Source: Trichinella spiralis (lineage: Eukaryota). From it: a stretch of 64,000 nt of DNA. Within the stretch, counting starts at the first letter, position 1, and every line of letters starts with the position of its first letter. A program made the position numbers and the translations under genes. The stretch covers positions 1,100,029 through 1,164,028 of the forward strand of contig NW_003526947.1 of the NCBI RefSeq assembly GCF_000181795.1, read 5' to 3'. This document shows, piece by piece, positions 12,401-25,074 of this stretch. The notes beneath the pieces were generated by a model. That model did no database searches. It was given only the letters and a program-made list of their open reading frames with translations, and had not been told where the DNA came from.

Positions 12401-15400
12401 TTTTTTTCAAATTAAACATCAACCTTGAAATACAGGTACGCTGATATGTCGGACTTTTTCACACTGAAAGTGGTCAATCAGACTGAAACTAACGTGACCA
12501 ATTTGCAACCGTACACCCAGTATGAATTTCACGTTCGTTCAGTGACGGCCGTTGGCCACAGTAGACCTTCTCGACCGGTCGAAACTACCACACACGAAGC
12601 TCGTAAGTGCACGCTTTTTTACAATTAATAGTAATTTCAAGGCGAAAAAAGCCCAATTCAATCAGTAATACAATTGGGCTATTTTTTTTTCAAAAAAAAC
12701 ACGTGCATATATTCATTCGCATTACAAGAGATTTCTTCTGTCCCTGATTACTCAATACTCGATTATTACTCATCGTTTTTCATGGGCTATTATTCTTGTT
12801 ATTGTTATTTTATTTATTATCATGATTCGAATCCATCGGAATGGACATCGATCTTCAAGGATAATTGCCAATGGGGTTTTTTGAATTGTCCAAAATTTAA
12901 CACGACAATATTTATTTTGTTGTACTTGAAAATCATTTATTTTTCAATTTTATGACAGTATGATTGCCGCTTTTTTTTCAAACATTTTCTATTTGTTCGT
13001 TTGTTTTTGTTTTTGATGACAGATGAACACCAGAATAGTTAATTTTTTTTGTTATGATAACATTTTGTGTATAAGTTTGGAAGAAAATGAAGAAGATCAA
13101 TTTGTATTTTTACACAATTTGCATACGTAGGAATTTTTCTGCGCTGTTGATTGAATGGGGTGAGTTTGGACAATTAGTGTCAGGTTTGTTTGCTTTAGCT
13201 CCGCAAGGCCCGCCGAAAAATGTGCACAGTCGTGCGGTGTCGGTGAGTTCGATCATGGTCCAGTGGGAACCGCCGGAAAAGCCGAACGGCTTCATCGTCG
13301 CCTACATGGTCTATTACACTTCGCAGCCTACTGAACCGTTTTCCGTCTGGTCAACGAAAGAGGTCGGCAACGAACGTCTGACCACGGTCGGCGATTTGCA
13401 GCCGAACGTCGTCTACACTGTTCGAGTGCAGGCGCGCAATTCTGCCGGTTTCGGACCAGTGTCCGAACCGGTGTCGGTGGTCACTCAACCGGGAAGTGAG
13501 TGGGGAATTTATTGTTTGATTTTTCAATTTGAAAATATTTTTCCATCTTCAGTTCCTGGTCAGCCGCAGAATGTCAAAGCGTCCGCCATTGGAGCGAGGA
13601 GAATTCTGCTCACTTGGGAATCGCCGTTGTTTTCGAGCGATATCACCGGCTACGTGTTGCGTTACAACAGCACGTCGACTGACCACGTTGAAGAGGAGGT
13701 GGGCGGTTCGAAAACCGAACGGGTTGTTGAAAATTTGACTCCAAATACGGATTATTCGTTCCAAGTGTACGCCAAATCACAACGTGGCAAAGGTCTGTTC
13801 AGCAGGGCCGTGAGTCAGCGTACCAATCCGTCCGGTAAATTGTGCCCATATTTATTTCATCGTTGATCCTTTTTTTTCCATTGTCGTATGTTTGGTTCAG
13901 TTCCATCCGGCGCCCCGGAAAGTGTTGTCGTCGAAGCTTTGAGCTCCAGACAGCTGCGTGTAATTTGGGAACCGCCGTTGAAATCCCAACAGAACGGTCT
14001 GATCACCGGTTATCGTATCAATTGGGAACCGTTGATCAACGCTGACGACGATGCTGACGATGAAGACGGTGACGATGACGACGATTCTGCCGTTGGAACT
14101 GTGGAACATTCGGCCGACAAGCAGCGCAGCGTAGTCATAGACAAACTGATGCCTTATACGGACTATCAAATTACGGTAGCCGCGAGAACGGTCAAAGGAT
14201 ACGGACCACCGTCAGAACCGGCCATTGCCCGCACTCACGACGATGGTAATTTATCCATTTATATTTCGAATATTTGTAAAATTTTTAATATTCCTCTTTT
14301 TTTTTGTTTTTTTTCTATTCTAGTTCCCGGTGCGCCGTTGAATTTGAAAGTCACTCCGTTGAATGCTTCATCAGCGCATGTCGCATGGCAGGAGCCGATC
14401 AACAAGAACGGTATTTTGGTCGGCTATTCGGTGCATATTGAAGAACTCGATCATCTGGGCTTACCGTTGCAGAGCGGACGGATGTTTCCAGCGCAGAGGG
14501 TGGCCAGTGATAAGGTGATAGATAATAATCGATCAACGGGTGGTTTTAATTTTAATCGACTTGTTTGCAGAACGAAACTGTTGTTTATGATTTAATACCG
14601 AATACGAATTATTCATTTCGACTGAACGCCTACAATCGCAAAGGTGACGGATTGTTCACAAAAGCGTTGGTGGTCAGCATGCCGTCATTGCGTAAGAAAT
14701 TTTCCATTACATATGCATATGGAAAAAGAGAAATTTCATTTTTTCCATACAAAATTCAGCTCCCAGTGAACCACGTGATTTGAGTGTGGAATTGATTCAA
14801 CGTGAGATGCCGGTGAAATTGTTGTTGAAGTGGAATGAGCCTGAGAAAACTTACGCCAAGCCGGTGCTGCGCTATCGAATCCGTTATGCCACGTTGGACA
14901 ATTTTAATCATACTGTCGAAACCCAGTTCACCAATTTGACGTCGTTCATTTTGCAAAATCTCAGTAAATACAAACAGTTTGTTTTTGTTTTCGATTGTTG
15001 TAATTTTTATTAAAATTTCTAGAAAATGGTCGCAGTTATGAGTTTGCCGTTGCAGCTGAAAATGAGCAAGGTTTTGGATTGTCTAAGAAATTGGTTGTCA
15101 CTACACCTACTGCAGGTAAATTAATTTGATAAATTCATGCATACGTATAAGTGGAAAATATATATATATATCTTTATATTGAACAAAAATTATTATTTAT
15201 TGTTTTTCGTTTCTTTCAGCTCCGAGTGGTGCACCGTACGACGTTCGGTATGAAATTGATCCTTCCGCCAAACGATTACAGTTCAGTTGGGAACCTCCAT
15301 TATTGGACGAACGTAATGGTGAAATTACTGGATACGAAACCCGTTTGTCAATACCATCTAGGAATGACATTGTCAGAGAGGTATATATTGTGATGGGTGC

Positions 15401-18400
15401 ATTTGCACCAGTTACACGAACTTGAGCGTAACTACTACTATACGAATACGATTCAGATTCACGAATCGACGGTTAGTTTCCTGATGGGCGAAGTTGGTGT
15501 ACGTTATGGTTTTGCCGTTCGAGCGAAAAACAGTCGCGGTTATGGTCCATGGAGTGAACCGGTGACAGTGGAAACACAGTCTGACTGTAAGAAATGGTTC
15601 TATAATTATCTATAACATGCACTGTTGTGAATGTAATGCAATTCAAACGTGTGGAAAATGTATTCATTGCATGCTTGATAATTTCGTATAAGCAACGCTG
15701 CATGGATTTTAAGGTGATTTTTTAAAATTTTGAGAAATTTCTGAATGAAGTGATATGAAGGGTGATGAGTGAAAATTGCAATTCCGTGGAACAGTGTTTT
15801 TCGCGTTTACGTCTTTGTAGAAATGTTAATGGTCAAAAAAAAGGTGTAGTTAGTTGGTGAGGAAGAATATATTGTTGAATTTTCGACAGTGAAAAATATT
15901 ATTAGTTTGTGTAACTAAAAGTAATTGATACTATTCGAAAAAGATAATTTGATGTTGCATAATTGTGAAGAAAACATTACATTACATTACAGTGGTTCAT
16001 TAATTTGTTGTTAGCAGCAGGCATTATGAGCAGAACAAAATATATTGAGCCGTATGGTATGTAGAATGCTTTTCTTTACTCATCTCTCTTTCTCTAGTCC
16101 CTCTGCTGCTTTTTTGATCAATACATCTCAGTGGTAGTTCATTTTACAACTATATTTGAAAATGATGGCTAACTGAGAATAGAATGAAAATGCGGAAATT
16201 TAGTGTATAATTTATTTTTTTAAATTAATCTTTCCAGTTAATATCAGACTATTCCTTTCCTGGGAATATACAAAATGGGAAGCCAAAAAAAAATTTTTTT
16301 TTTGTTATTAATGCTTCAGTCGTGAAAATGCTATTTTTGCGGTGATAACTTTTATCTCATCTTGTTTGAATGGGAAAACATTTTCTTTTCAGAAACTTTC
16401 ACAAATTGTGCATGTATTATTGTTATTATTGATTTACTTTTTCACTAGTCAGTAATTGTCGAAAATTCCATTAGAACGCGTACATTTTGTACAAATTGCA
16501 AATTGCATTGTTATTAATATTTGAAGCACCAATTAAATTTGTTGAGAATTGCATAATTTTTTTTGTTGGTGCATAAAAAGAAAATAAAAATAAAACGCAG
16601 GTAGAATAGTGGTGGAGGAGGTAGTGGATTTTCTTTTTTTTTTCTTGCTTTTGGTTGAAAAATCAATTCTTCTTTTACTTTCTGCAAAGTTCAATTGGAA
16701 TATTTTTTTTCTGTTCATATTTTAAATATCAAAAAAAAACCAAATTAACAAAAACGTTTTAAGCTATTATTACAAATTACGAGATAAGCAATTCATTTTA
16801 TTCTTTCCTTTCCATTCCTCCCTCCCTCCCTCTCCCCCTTCCAAAAAACAAACAAAATGCTCTATTGTAATTTTGTTGCTGGTGTGATTGTTGTCCATAT
16901 ATTTTTTTTTCTTATGCTTTTTCACGCAACATTGCGCGAAGAAGCTTTCTTCGCATTGTCGTGGTTAATTTGCCGTCGGCACTTGATGTGAAAATGTGGA
17001 AAATCCGTTGTCGATTGTTGGATCGATTTTGTCCACTGTTGGGCGCAATTCTGTTTTTCAAATTCAAACAGATCAAACAATAATTATTCCCCTTCTAATA
17101 CACACGGCACGGCCGTGCTTGTGTTCAAGCCGAGCTTGATGAGATTCTTTTGACCTGATTGATGCTCATCGACTGCGTCATATTTTTCTCTAAACAAAAC
17201 CTTTTTGCTTGGTGCATGCATGCAAAAAAAAAACATTTTAATACTAAGAATAGTCGATTTATTTCCATTTATGGAAATGTTTGTTGTTCAATTAAATTAT
17301 TCTTATTTTTTCATTGCTTTTTCTTTCTTCTTGTTGTTGTTGTTGTTGTTGTTGGTAGTGGTTTTATTCGAGCTTCAAGATGCTTGTTGTAAAGATCATC
17401 GGATGTGATGATGTATTATTTATGCTTCCGTTTTGGTCGGAGAACATTTCCGCCCGGAAGCTTGCTTTACATACAAAGTCATTGCCAGACATGACTGTCG
17501 TAGAAGTGATTTTTTCTTTTGCATATCTTTTGGCTTGGTTGGCGCGGGATACGGCATACATAAGTTGATTTCCAAAGACAATTGATTTTGGAATTTGCGC
17601 TTGTTGGTGGCTTTGTACGCATGTGGGCGTGTTTTGCATGATGCCGATGTCGCTGGTGTGTGTGTGTGTCTGAGGGTTGGTGTCAGTGGTAGAAGTTTTG
17701 AACGAATTGCTTCACGCGGCGCGACATCTTCTTTTTCTGCTTCAAGTCGACGACGCCAATCAAGCAAGCCAACCATGCAGCGCTTTAGCCGAGCACAGCA
17801 GTGGTGGCGGCGGCGGCGGCGGAGGCGGATTCACAGGCCATTGTCAGCTGTGTGAAATATTGTTGTTATTATTCTTAGCATTATTATCATACAATTATGT
17901 TTATTTATTTGCACATCATTTTGAAATATTGAGAAAATTGAAAAAAAAGAATATTATTGTTGCCGCTGTTGTTCTTGTTGTTGTTGTTTGTTGTCACTGC
18001 TGTTGCTGTACTTTTTGGTCATTATTTTTCGAAACATCCATCCTGCAACGTCCTCTTCATATGCTAATTGACGTTTTCGCATATTTATAATTGGGATATT
18101 TTTGTTTTGATTGCATGTTTGCATTTTCACCTTGGACGGTCAGTTTGTGATATCTGATGATGATGATGATGAACTGGTGGTGGTGGTGGTGGTGGAGGAG
18201 GAGGAGTCAGTTGACGCCGGTCGGTTTGCTATTGTTAGCCGTCTGCGTGCATTCAGCTTGTGAGACCGGCTCTAGATACAGAACTCCACCGATGACCAGT
18301 GAAGAACGTCGACTGATCAACTCTTCACCTTGCTTTTTAGTGACTCAAATGGAAGTGAAGAATGTCACTGCTCAGGCAATGTCCACAACATCCGCCCTTG

Positions 18401-19110
18401 TAGTCTGGAAGCCAGTGAACGAACGACGAGTCCGAGGATACAAGGTATGTAAAAGCAAATATAAATAAATAAATTATAATTTATAAACTTTATTATTTTT
18501 ACTCTTTTTTTTGTTTTTCATTCTTTTAATTTTTCATCGACTTTTCAATATTGACTGGTCGCCCTTGGAGCGACGTTATTAATTGATTCTTCGTTATAAT
18601 GCGACGACGAATCAACTTGAAATTCTGGGTTTGTGTCTGTGGCTCCGGCGCTTCTATCTGGGCAGAATGTTCAAGTGGGAAAGGAGGGAGGTTCGGTTTT
18701 TCCGCTTTACACTTTTCCATCAGCCATCTTGGATCGACTTTTTAATAATCGACAAGGATCGATACTGCACACGTCTGTGTCACTTCAAGCCATATCAGCC
18801 AATATGATCCACTTGATCATTCATATATATATATATATTTATTTATTTATTTGGAATTAATTTCTTATTATTAATTTTCCCCTTTTTTACATTCACTAAT
18901 ATAGTTTTTTTCTTATTATATTATAATAGGTTCAAGTCAACTTGTTCAATTTTTGCTCAATTTACAATTGATTTTCAACTTTTACATTAGAATTGATAGT
19001 TTCATCATCACAATCATTGATTGTATAATATATGGATAAGTAAATCAATAATATTGATTCTCAAATCAGTTAACAAAAGTCAATTGAATGTAGTTTTGAG
19101 AGAGTTTTGT

Positions 19111-19153
<43 letters not shown>

Positions 19154-22100
19154 CCTTTGGGAAAAAGTATTTTCTCCAATTTATCATCATCATCGTTGTT
19201 TTACTGTCTCCTGTTTCAGTTTGCTGAACTGATTTAAAATGAAAATGAATTTTTTCTTTCAATTTATCATCATCAATCGTCGCAATATGGCGACAATATT
19301 GAAATTTCATTTTCTTTTTCCTCTTGCGGAAAACAACAACGAACTTACTGCGTGTGTAATTTGTGAATCCAATATGGCAAAAGTCGAGTTATTTCATTTG
19401 AAAATTTTGAATAAATTTATTTTTTTTTATTAAAAACCAAAACCACCAATAAATATATTCTACTTTTCTGTTCAGGTTCTCTACACGGCAGAACCGTCGG
19501 ACAGGGCATGGCGTGACAAAGAAATTTTGAATCCCGCAGCCGATCGGCTTCTGATCGAAAATTTGATGCCCAAAGTCCACTATGCATTCTGCGTCAAGAC
19601 AATTTTGATTGACGGAGTTTGTTTGTTTGTTTGTTTATTTATTTAATGTTTTTTTTCTTCTTCTATACATTTTAATTTGAATATTTAGTGTAGTTTGTAT
19701 TGTTTGAAGAAAAAAAATATTATTCAACTTTCAGGCAGTAACGGAATGTTCAGAAAATGCATTTGAAGTCATCCAACCGAAATATGTTGTTCACGACGTG
19801 AGCGTTGAAAAATTGCACAGCTCTTTTGTTCAGCTGCGCTGGGAATACGACGGACCAAAGCCTGCTTCATTCTACGTAAGCGGCTTGTTTGTGTTAACTG
19901 TTTCTATTTAACCAAATATTTATACAGTCGAGTGATGATTTTTATACGAAATAAAAAAAACAGGGGAGGGGCTGCTGTTTTCATTTATATCTTTGTTTCT
20001 TTTCTCAGAATTGATTATTTTATTTATTGTCATTGAATCTATATGTATGTATGTATGTATTTTTTGCATTTTTTCAATTCAGGTAAAGTATCGTGGAAAG
20101 AAGAGGTACAAGACACAGATTGACGAGTGGAAAGAGTTGAGCATTGATGGTTTGACCACTGAAACAGAACAACAAGTGCTCAACGTGACCAATTTGAGAC
20201 CGTATACCAATTACACGTTCGACGTCGGTGTAGTTTGGTTGAATGACACTCACCAGCATTATTATTTGCCGCAGACTGTCGACATTGTTACCAAGAAATC
20301 AGGTACAGAAATACAATTCCATCGCAGCTTGTTCGCAAGTTTAAACGAAGCATTTAATCTCTTATTTTTTTGGTCCAGTGCCACCGTTTATAACCGCTCC
20401 GGTTGTGCTTGAATCGTTGAACAGTAAAGAGGTGCTGCTTCGACTGGAAGCCGCCACCGAAGAGTACGGTCCAGTGTCTTACTATTGGCTGGTGGTCGTT
20501 CCGGCAGAATTTCCACGCATCCCGGATAAAATTGAAAACAAAGAAGTTTGCAATTTTTTATTAACTTTTTTCCATTCGATTTATTTCTTTTTTTTTTGAA
20601 TCATTTTTTCCGAATCAAGGTTCTACACGCCAAAACTTATCACCCCATGCCCGGAGATTTGTACGTGGCTGCTCGTTTGACCAGGCGGGAAATTTTGGCC
20701 ATGAAAGGTGGCTTGTTCACGCTTGGTGACGGTCTGCGTTATGCGGATTTTACCAATTTTCCATTGAACAACAAAATTCACTACAAAACATTTTTACGAG
20801 CCTTTCTCGACGACGAAGCCGAAAGTGATTTCAACGAACCGGTAATTTATTTATTTATTTGTTATTAGTATTTATTTTGCCGAAGAATCGGATATCTGTC
20901 TCAATTTCATCTTTTTCTTTTTTTTTTTTGTTAATTTTCAGAGCCAAACATCCAGCATGTACAGTGCAGAATTTTCACCGTTGACAATGACCGCCAGTCC
21001 GAAGATGTCCAGCTCCAGCTTGTGGATTGTTGGTCCAATTATTGCACTAATTGTAGTCGGATTTATCATTGGCATTGTCTGCTTTTTCGTGTTCAACTTG
21101 AACAAGTAAGTGAAAAAATTTCAAATTTCAACACAAATTTCCTCTTCTCCAAAACTGCTTCATCCTTTTCTTTGTTTTTATCTTCAGGAAAAATAAGCTT
21201 CCTACAAAGCAAGGTAGTGTGAACAAGGTTACTTTGGGTCCGGTGGGTCCGACTGAAACATCGCGACTGTTGAAAGATGCACACGGCAACACGACCGTCG
21301 TCAACGGACCCGCGGTCAATGCTTACAGCAGTTCAAAAATGCCGAATATGTATTGCGGCGCTGGTACCGGTGAGCAGATGGAAATGCAGAGCGTCTTTTA
21401 TCCGCAACCTCCGCCCACTGTGGCTAGCGGTTCGCCCCATTCACCGATCCCGGTCATTGAATTCGCTGCTCACATTGATCATCTTAAAGCGAATGACAAT
21501 TTGATGTTTTCGCGGGAATACGAAGTAATTGTAACTGTAATAATGGATCTAGTATTTAAAATTTATTATTTTCCACTTGAAGAGCATCGAAACTGGTCAA
21601 CAACAGACATGGGATCATTCGAATTTTGATTACAACAAGCCGAAAAATCGTTACGCCAATGTAGTTGCTTATGATCACAGTCGTGTAGTGTTGAGTAAAC
21701 TTGCCGACATTCCTGGTTCCGACTATATCAACGCCAACTATATTGACGGCTATCATCGTAGTAAGGCTTACATTGCTACGCAGGTGAGAAGAAAAAACTT
21801 GTGTTTGTTGTTAACTGACTAATTTGTCGGTGTTTTCAGGGTCCCATGCCAGAGACGTTTAACGATTTTTGGCGAATGGTCTGGGAAGAGAATTCTGCCA
21901 CCGTGGTAATGCTGACCAAACTCGAAGAACGTACCAGAATCAAATGCGACCAATACTGGCCTAGTCGAGGTTCGGCATTGTACGGTCTGGTCAACGTAGC
22001 AATGAAAGATACCACTGAACTGGCTCATTATACGTTGCGTGTTTTTCAAATTAGTTTGGTAATTATATTGCATATTATTACAATTTGTCTGTTTAATCAA

Positions 22101-22310
22101 CTAATCAATCAATCAATCAATTATTAAAGCAAGGACAGAGCGAAGTTCGTGAAGTTCGTCATCTTCAATTTACAGCATGGCCTGATCACGGTGTGCCTGA
22201 ACATCCTACTCCTTTTCTCATTTTTCTCAAGCGAGTCAAAGCTGTCAATCCTGCCGAATCTGGTCCAATTATTGTCCACTGCAGGTGAATTTAGTGACCA
22301 TACTGGCAAA

Positions 22311-22341
<31 letters not shown>

Positions 22342-25074
22342 GCAGTGCTGGAGTTGGGCGAACCGGAGCTTACATTGTCGTCGATACCATGTTGGATCGT
22401 CTACGTTATGAAAATACAATCGACATATATGGTTGTGTGACGGCGATTCGATCGCAAAGAAATTACATGGTCCAAACTGAAGAGCAGTATGTATTTATTC
22501 ACGATGCAGTTTTGGATGCGGTTCAGTCGGGCTGTACTGAAGTTCCGGTGTCGAAATTATTTTTGCACATTGAAAATTTGCTCCAATATCAAGCCATGGA
22601 AAATGCTACTGGCATGGAATTAGAATTTCGAGTAAGCAGCATCTGTTTGATTCTTGTTGTTTGTTGCTTTACTTATTTTTGATTTATTTTAATTTCTAGC
22701 ATTTGTCGACATTGAAATTTCCAAATGCCAAATTCACAGCTGCCAATCGACCGTGCAACAAGTTGAAAAATCGTCTGGTCAACGTGGTTCCGTACGATTG
22801 GTCGCGGGTCTGTTTGGCGCCGCTTCCCCATGTCGACGGCTCGGATTACATCAACGCATCTTTCGTCGACGGATATCGGCTGCGGAAGATGTACATCGCT
22901 ACTCAAGGACCGATGACCAACACTGTCAACGACTTTTGGCGTATGCTATGGGAGCACAATTCGACCATCATTGTCATGCTGACCAAATTACGTGAACTCG
23001 GTCGAGTAAGTAAAAGAAAAAAAAATTAACCAAACCTTAAAAAAAAATGACACATTTATTTTGTTTCTTTTTGATTTGCATATTTATACATGTAGTTGTG
23101 CGTGTGTATATGTTTATTTATTTATTGTGCATGTGTGTGTGTGTGTATTTTGTTTCAATTAATTGTTGTGTGTTTGGATTGTTTTTTTTGTTTGAATATT
23201 GGAAACTGTCAACTTTGGCATATTTGCACAGTTTAAATTTTATATATATGCATAATTATCAAAGCACGTGTGAAAATAGCACTTTTTCATTGTTATCTAT
23301 TTAATAGTTTCAATTCAGCTTTTAATACGATACAGAAGAGAGAGCAAGAATTTCTTTACTATGTTGCTGTAAGAAACACTACTTTTCTCTTCAACGACTA
23401 CGATTGCCATATTGGAAAAAGCAAATTTTAAATCAATAATCTTAATCAATATATGCAGTGAATAAATTTATATTATTTGTAAGGTTTAATTTTTATTATC
23501 TCGTTATCAATTTCGTCAATTGTTTGTTGTTCGGGTTTTAAAATTTCAAATTAGTCAATGATTCGAGAATAATTAAAAGCATCGAAAAGCTAGCATTATT
23601 TGTTGCATTGTATAATTTATTGTTTTATTATTATTTTTTCCGTTGTTGGTTGTGTTGATGAAGTGTCTAGTTGTTGAATTGTTTTTGGTAGTTGTGTCTC
23701 GCGGTTGTTCAGATAAAAAAGTTGGCGTCTTTACCATGCTAGGCCATGGATTTTGTAAAATTGGAATCTCATCGCTTTTATTCTCTTCCAGGAAGTTTGT
23801 CCAGAATGTCATAAATACAAATCCATCGACCTCAAACCACTTCAAGTTGTAAGTACCTAGATTTTGGTTTGTCCTATAGGCTTCTCTCTATCTTTGATAG
23901 GCCATCGGTATTTTTTTATACATGTCTTGTGCAATCTGCCTTCCTCTATATAACTGATCATTACTGATAATTTATTTTTTATCTGATCAATGTATCTTGA
24001 GCATCTGTATCTATCTATCTGTTTTTCTGTCTCTCTTTCTCTCACTGTTTTTTTAATTATAACTTGTAAAATAAATAAGTAAATAAATAAATATATATGG
24101 TTGTTTTGTTAGCGCGTCTGTTGTTGTAGTTGTTTATTTTTGGAATTTTATTCGTTTTATTTTTGTTTCATTCCCCACTGTATTGTCTGTCTGTTGATGT
24201 GTGTGTGCGTGTGTGTATGTGTTGTTGATTGATTGATTGATTGAAAATTGTTGTTGTAGTTGTTTTATGAAATTTTATTAACAAAATATAATATACTTTT
24301 GCTTTTGTATAAAATTATATGACGATGATTGGTTTCAGGAAAAGTGTTGTCAGTACTGGCCATCTGACCAAGCTGAAAAGTACGATCATTTGCTGGTCGA
24401 GCCGATCGCTGAGTACAACATGCCTCAGTATGTTCTCAGGGAATTCAAACTAACCGATTCCAGGGTAAACCGTTTTTGGGATGTCTGTAATTTGTAGTAC
24501 ACAATCGTTGCATTTTGTTTTTTTTTTGTTTCCACTGTAGAATGGACAGTCGAAAACGATTCGACATTTTCAATACACCGAGTGGCCAGAACAAGGTGTA
24601 CCGAAGTCCAGTGATTTTTTGATCGATTTCATCGGGCAAGTGCACAAAACTCGAGAACAGTTTGGTCAAGAAGGGCCAATAACTGTACATTGCAGGTATA
24701 ATATTATTTATACCATACTGTATCGTACTGTACTGTACTTGTGTATTTTTACACACACATTTATTTATTAATTTATTTATTTGCTTATTTCAGTACTGGC
24801 GTCAGTCGAACTGGTGTATTTATTGCGCTGAGCATATTGTTGGAGAGAATACGTTTTGAATGTGTTGTGGACATTTTTACTGTTGTGAAATTGCTTCGAG
24901 CGCAAAGGCCGAACATGGTTCAATCTGAGGTTTTTAATCAGAAATATACATATACATATACATATACATATATTTATTTATTTATTTATTTCATAGGACC
25001 AATACAAGTTTCTTCATCAAGCTGCAATGGAATATCTTGGCTCTTTTGATCATTTTGCACTTCCACAATTTTAA
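9492..25074 (+). CDS. ptp-3: LAR-family (type IIa) receptor protein tyrosine phosphatase: signal peptide, 3 Ig, ~9 FN3, TM, tandem PTP D1/D2; multi-exon
   Basis: Spliced by hand. Exon 9492-9549 ([19 protein letters not shown]) is followed by Ig exons 10544-10688, 10803-11149, 11675-11785 and 11881-12156, FN3 exons from 12231 to ~20302, and a TM segment [25 protein letters not shown] at ~21020-21090. D1 has KNRY, YIATQGP, WPDHGVP and [11 protein letters not shown]2 has KNRL, WPEQGVP and [10 protein letters not shown]. The last exon 24997-25074 ends ...[14 protein letters not shown], which resembles the LAR C-terminus. Confidence 0.96.
18157..18444 (+). CDS. Candidate alternative first coding exon (internal signal peptide) of a short LAR isoform
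   Basis: ATG run at 18157 gives ...[25 protein letters not shown]..., which reads in frame through the long-isoform acceptor (ttttag, ending 18340) into the FN3 exon TQMEVKNV...GYK, donor after 18444. Confidence 0.55.
19113..19148. repeat. (TA)n microsatellite, one of many in the window
   Basis: Read directly from the sequence. Other (TA)n tracts at ~9141, 50327 and 61077. Confidence 0.9.
23792..23848 (+). CDS. Candidate 57-nt cassette exon in LAR PTP-D2 ([19 protein letters not shown])
   Basis: Acceptor ttctcttccag and donor gtaagt, phase 0/0, no stop codon. It lies inside the 1.3-kb intron 23006-24338. Confidence 0.6.
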
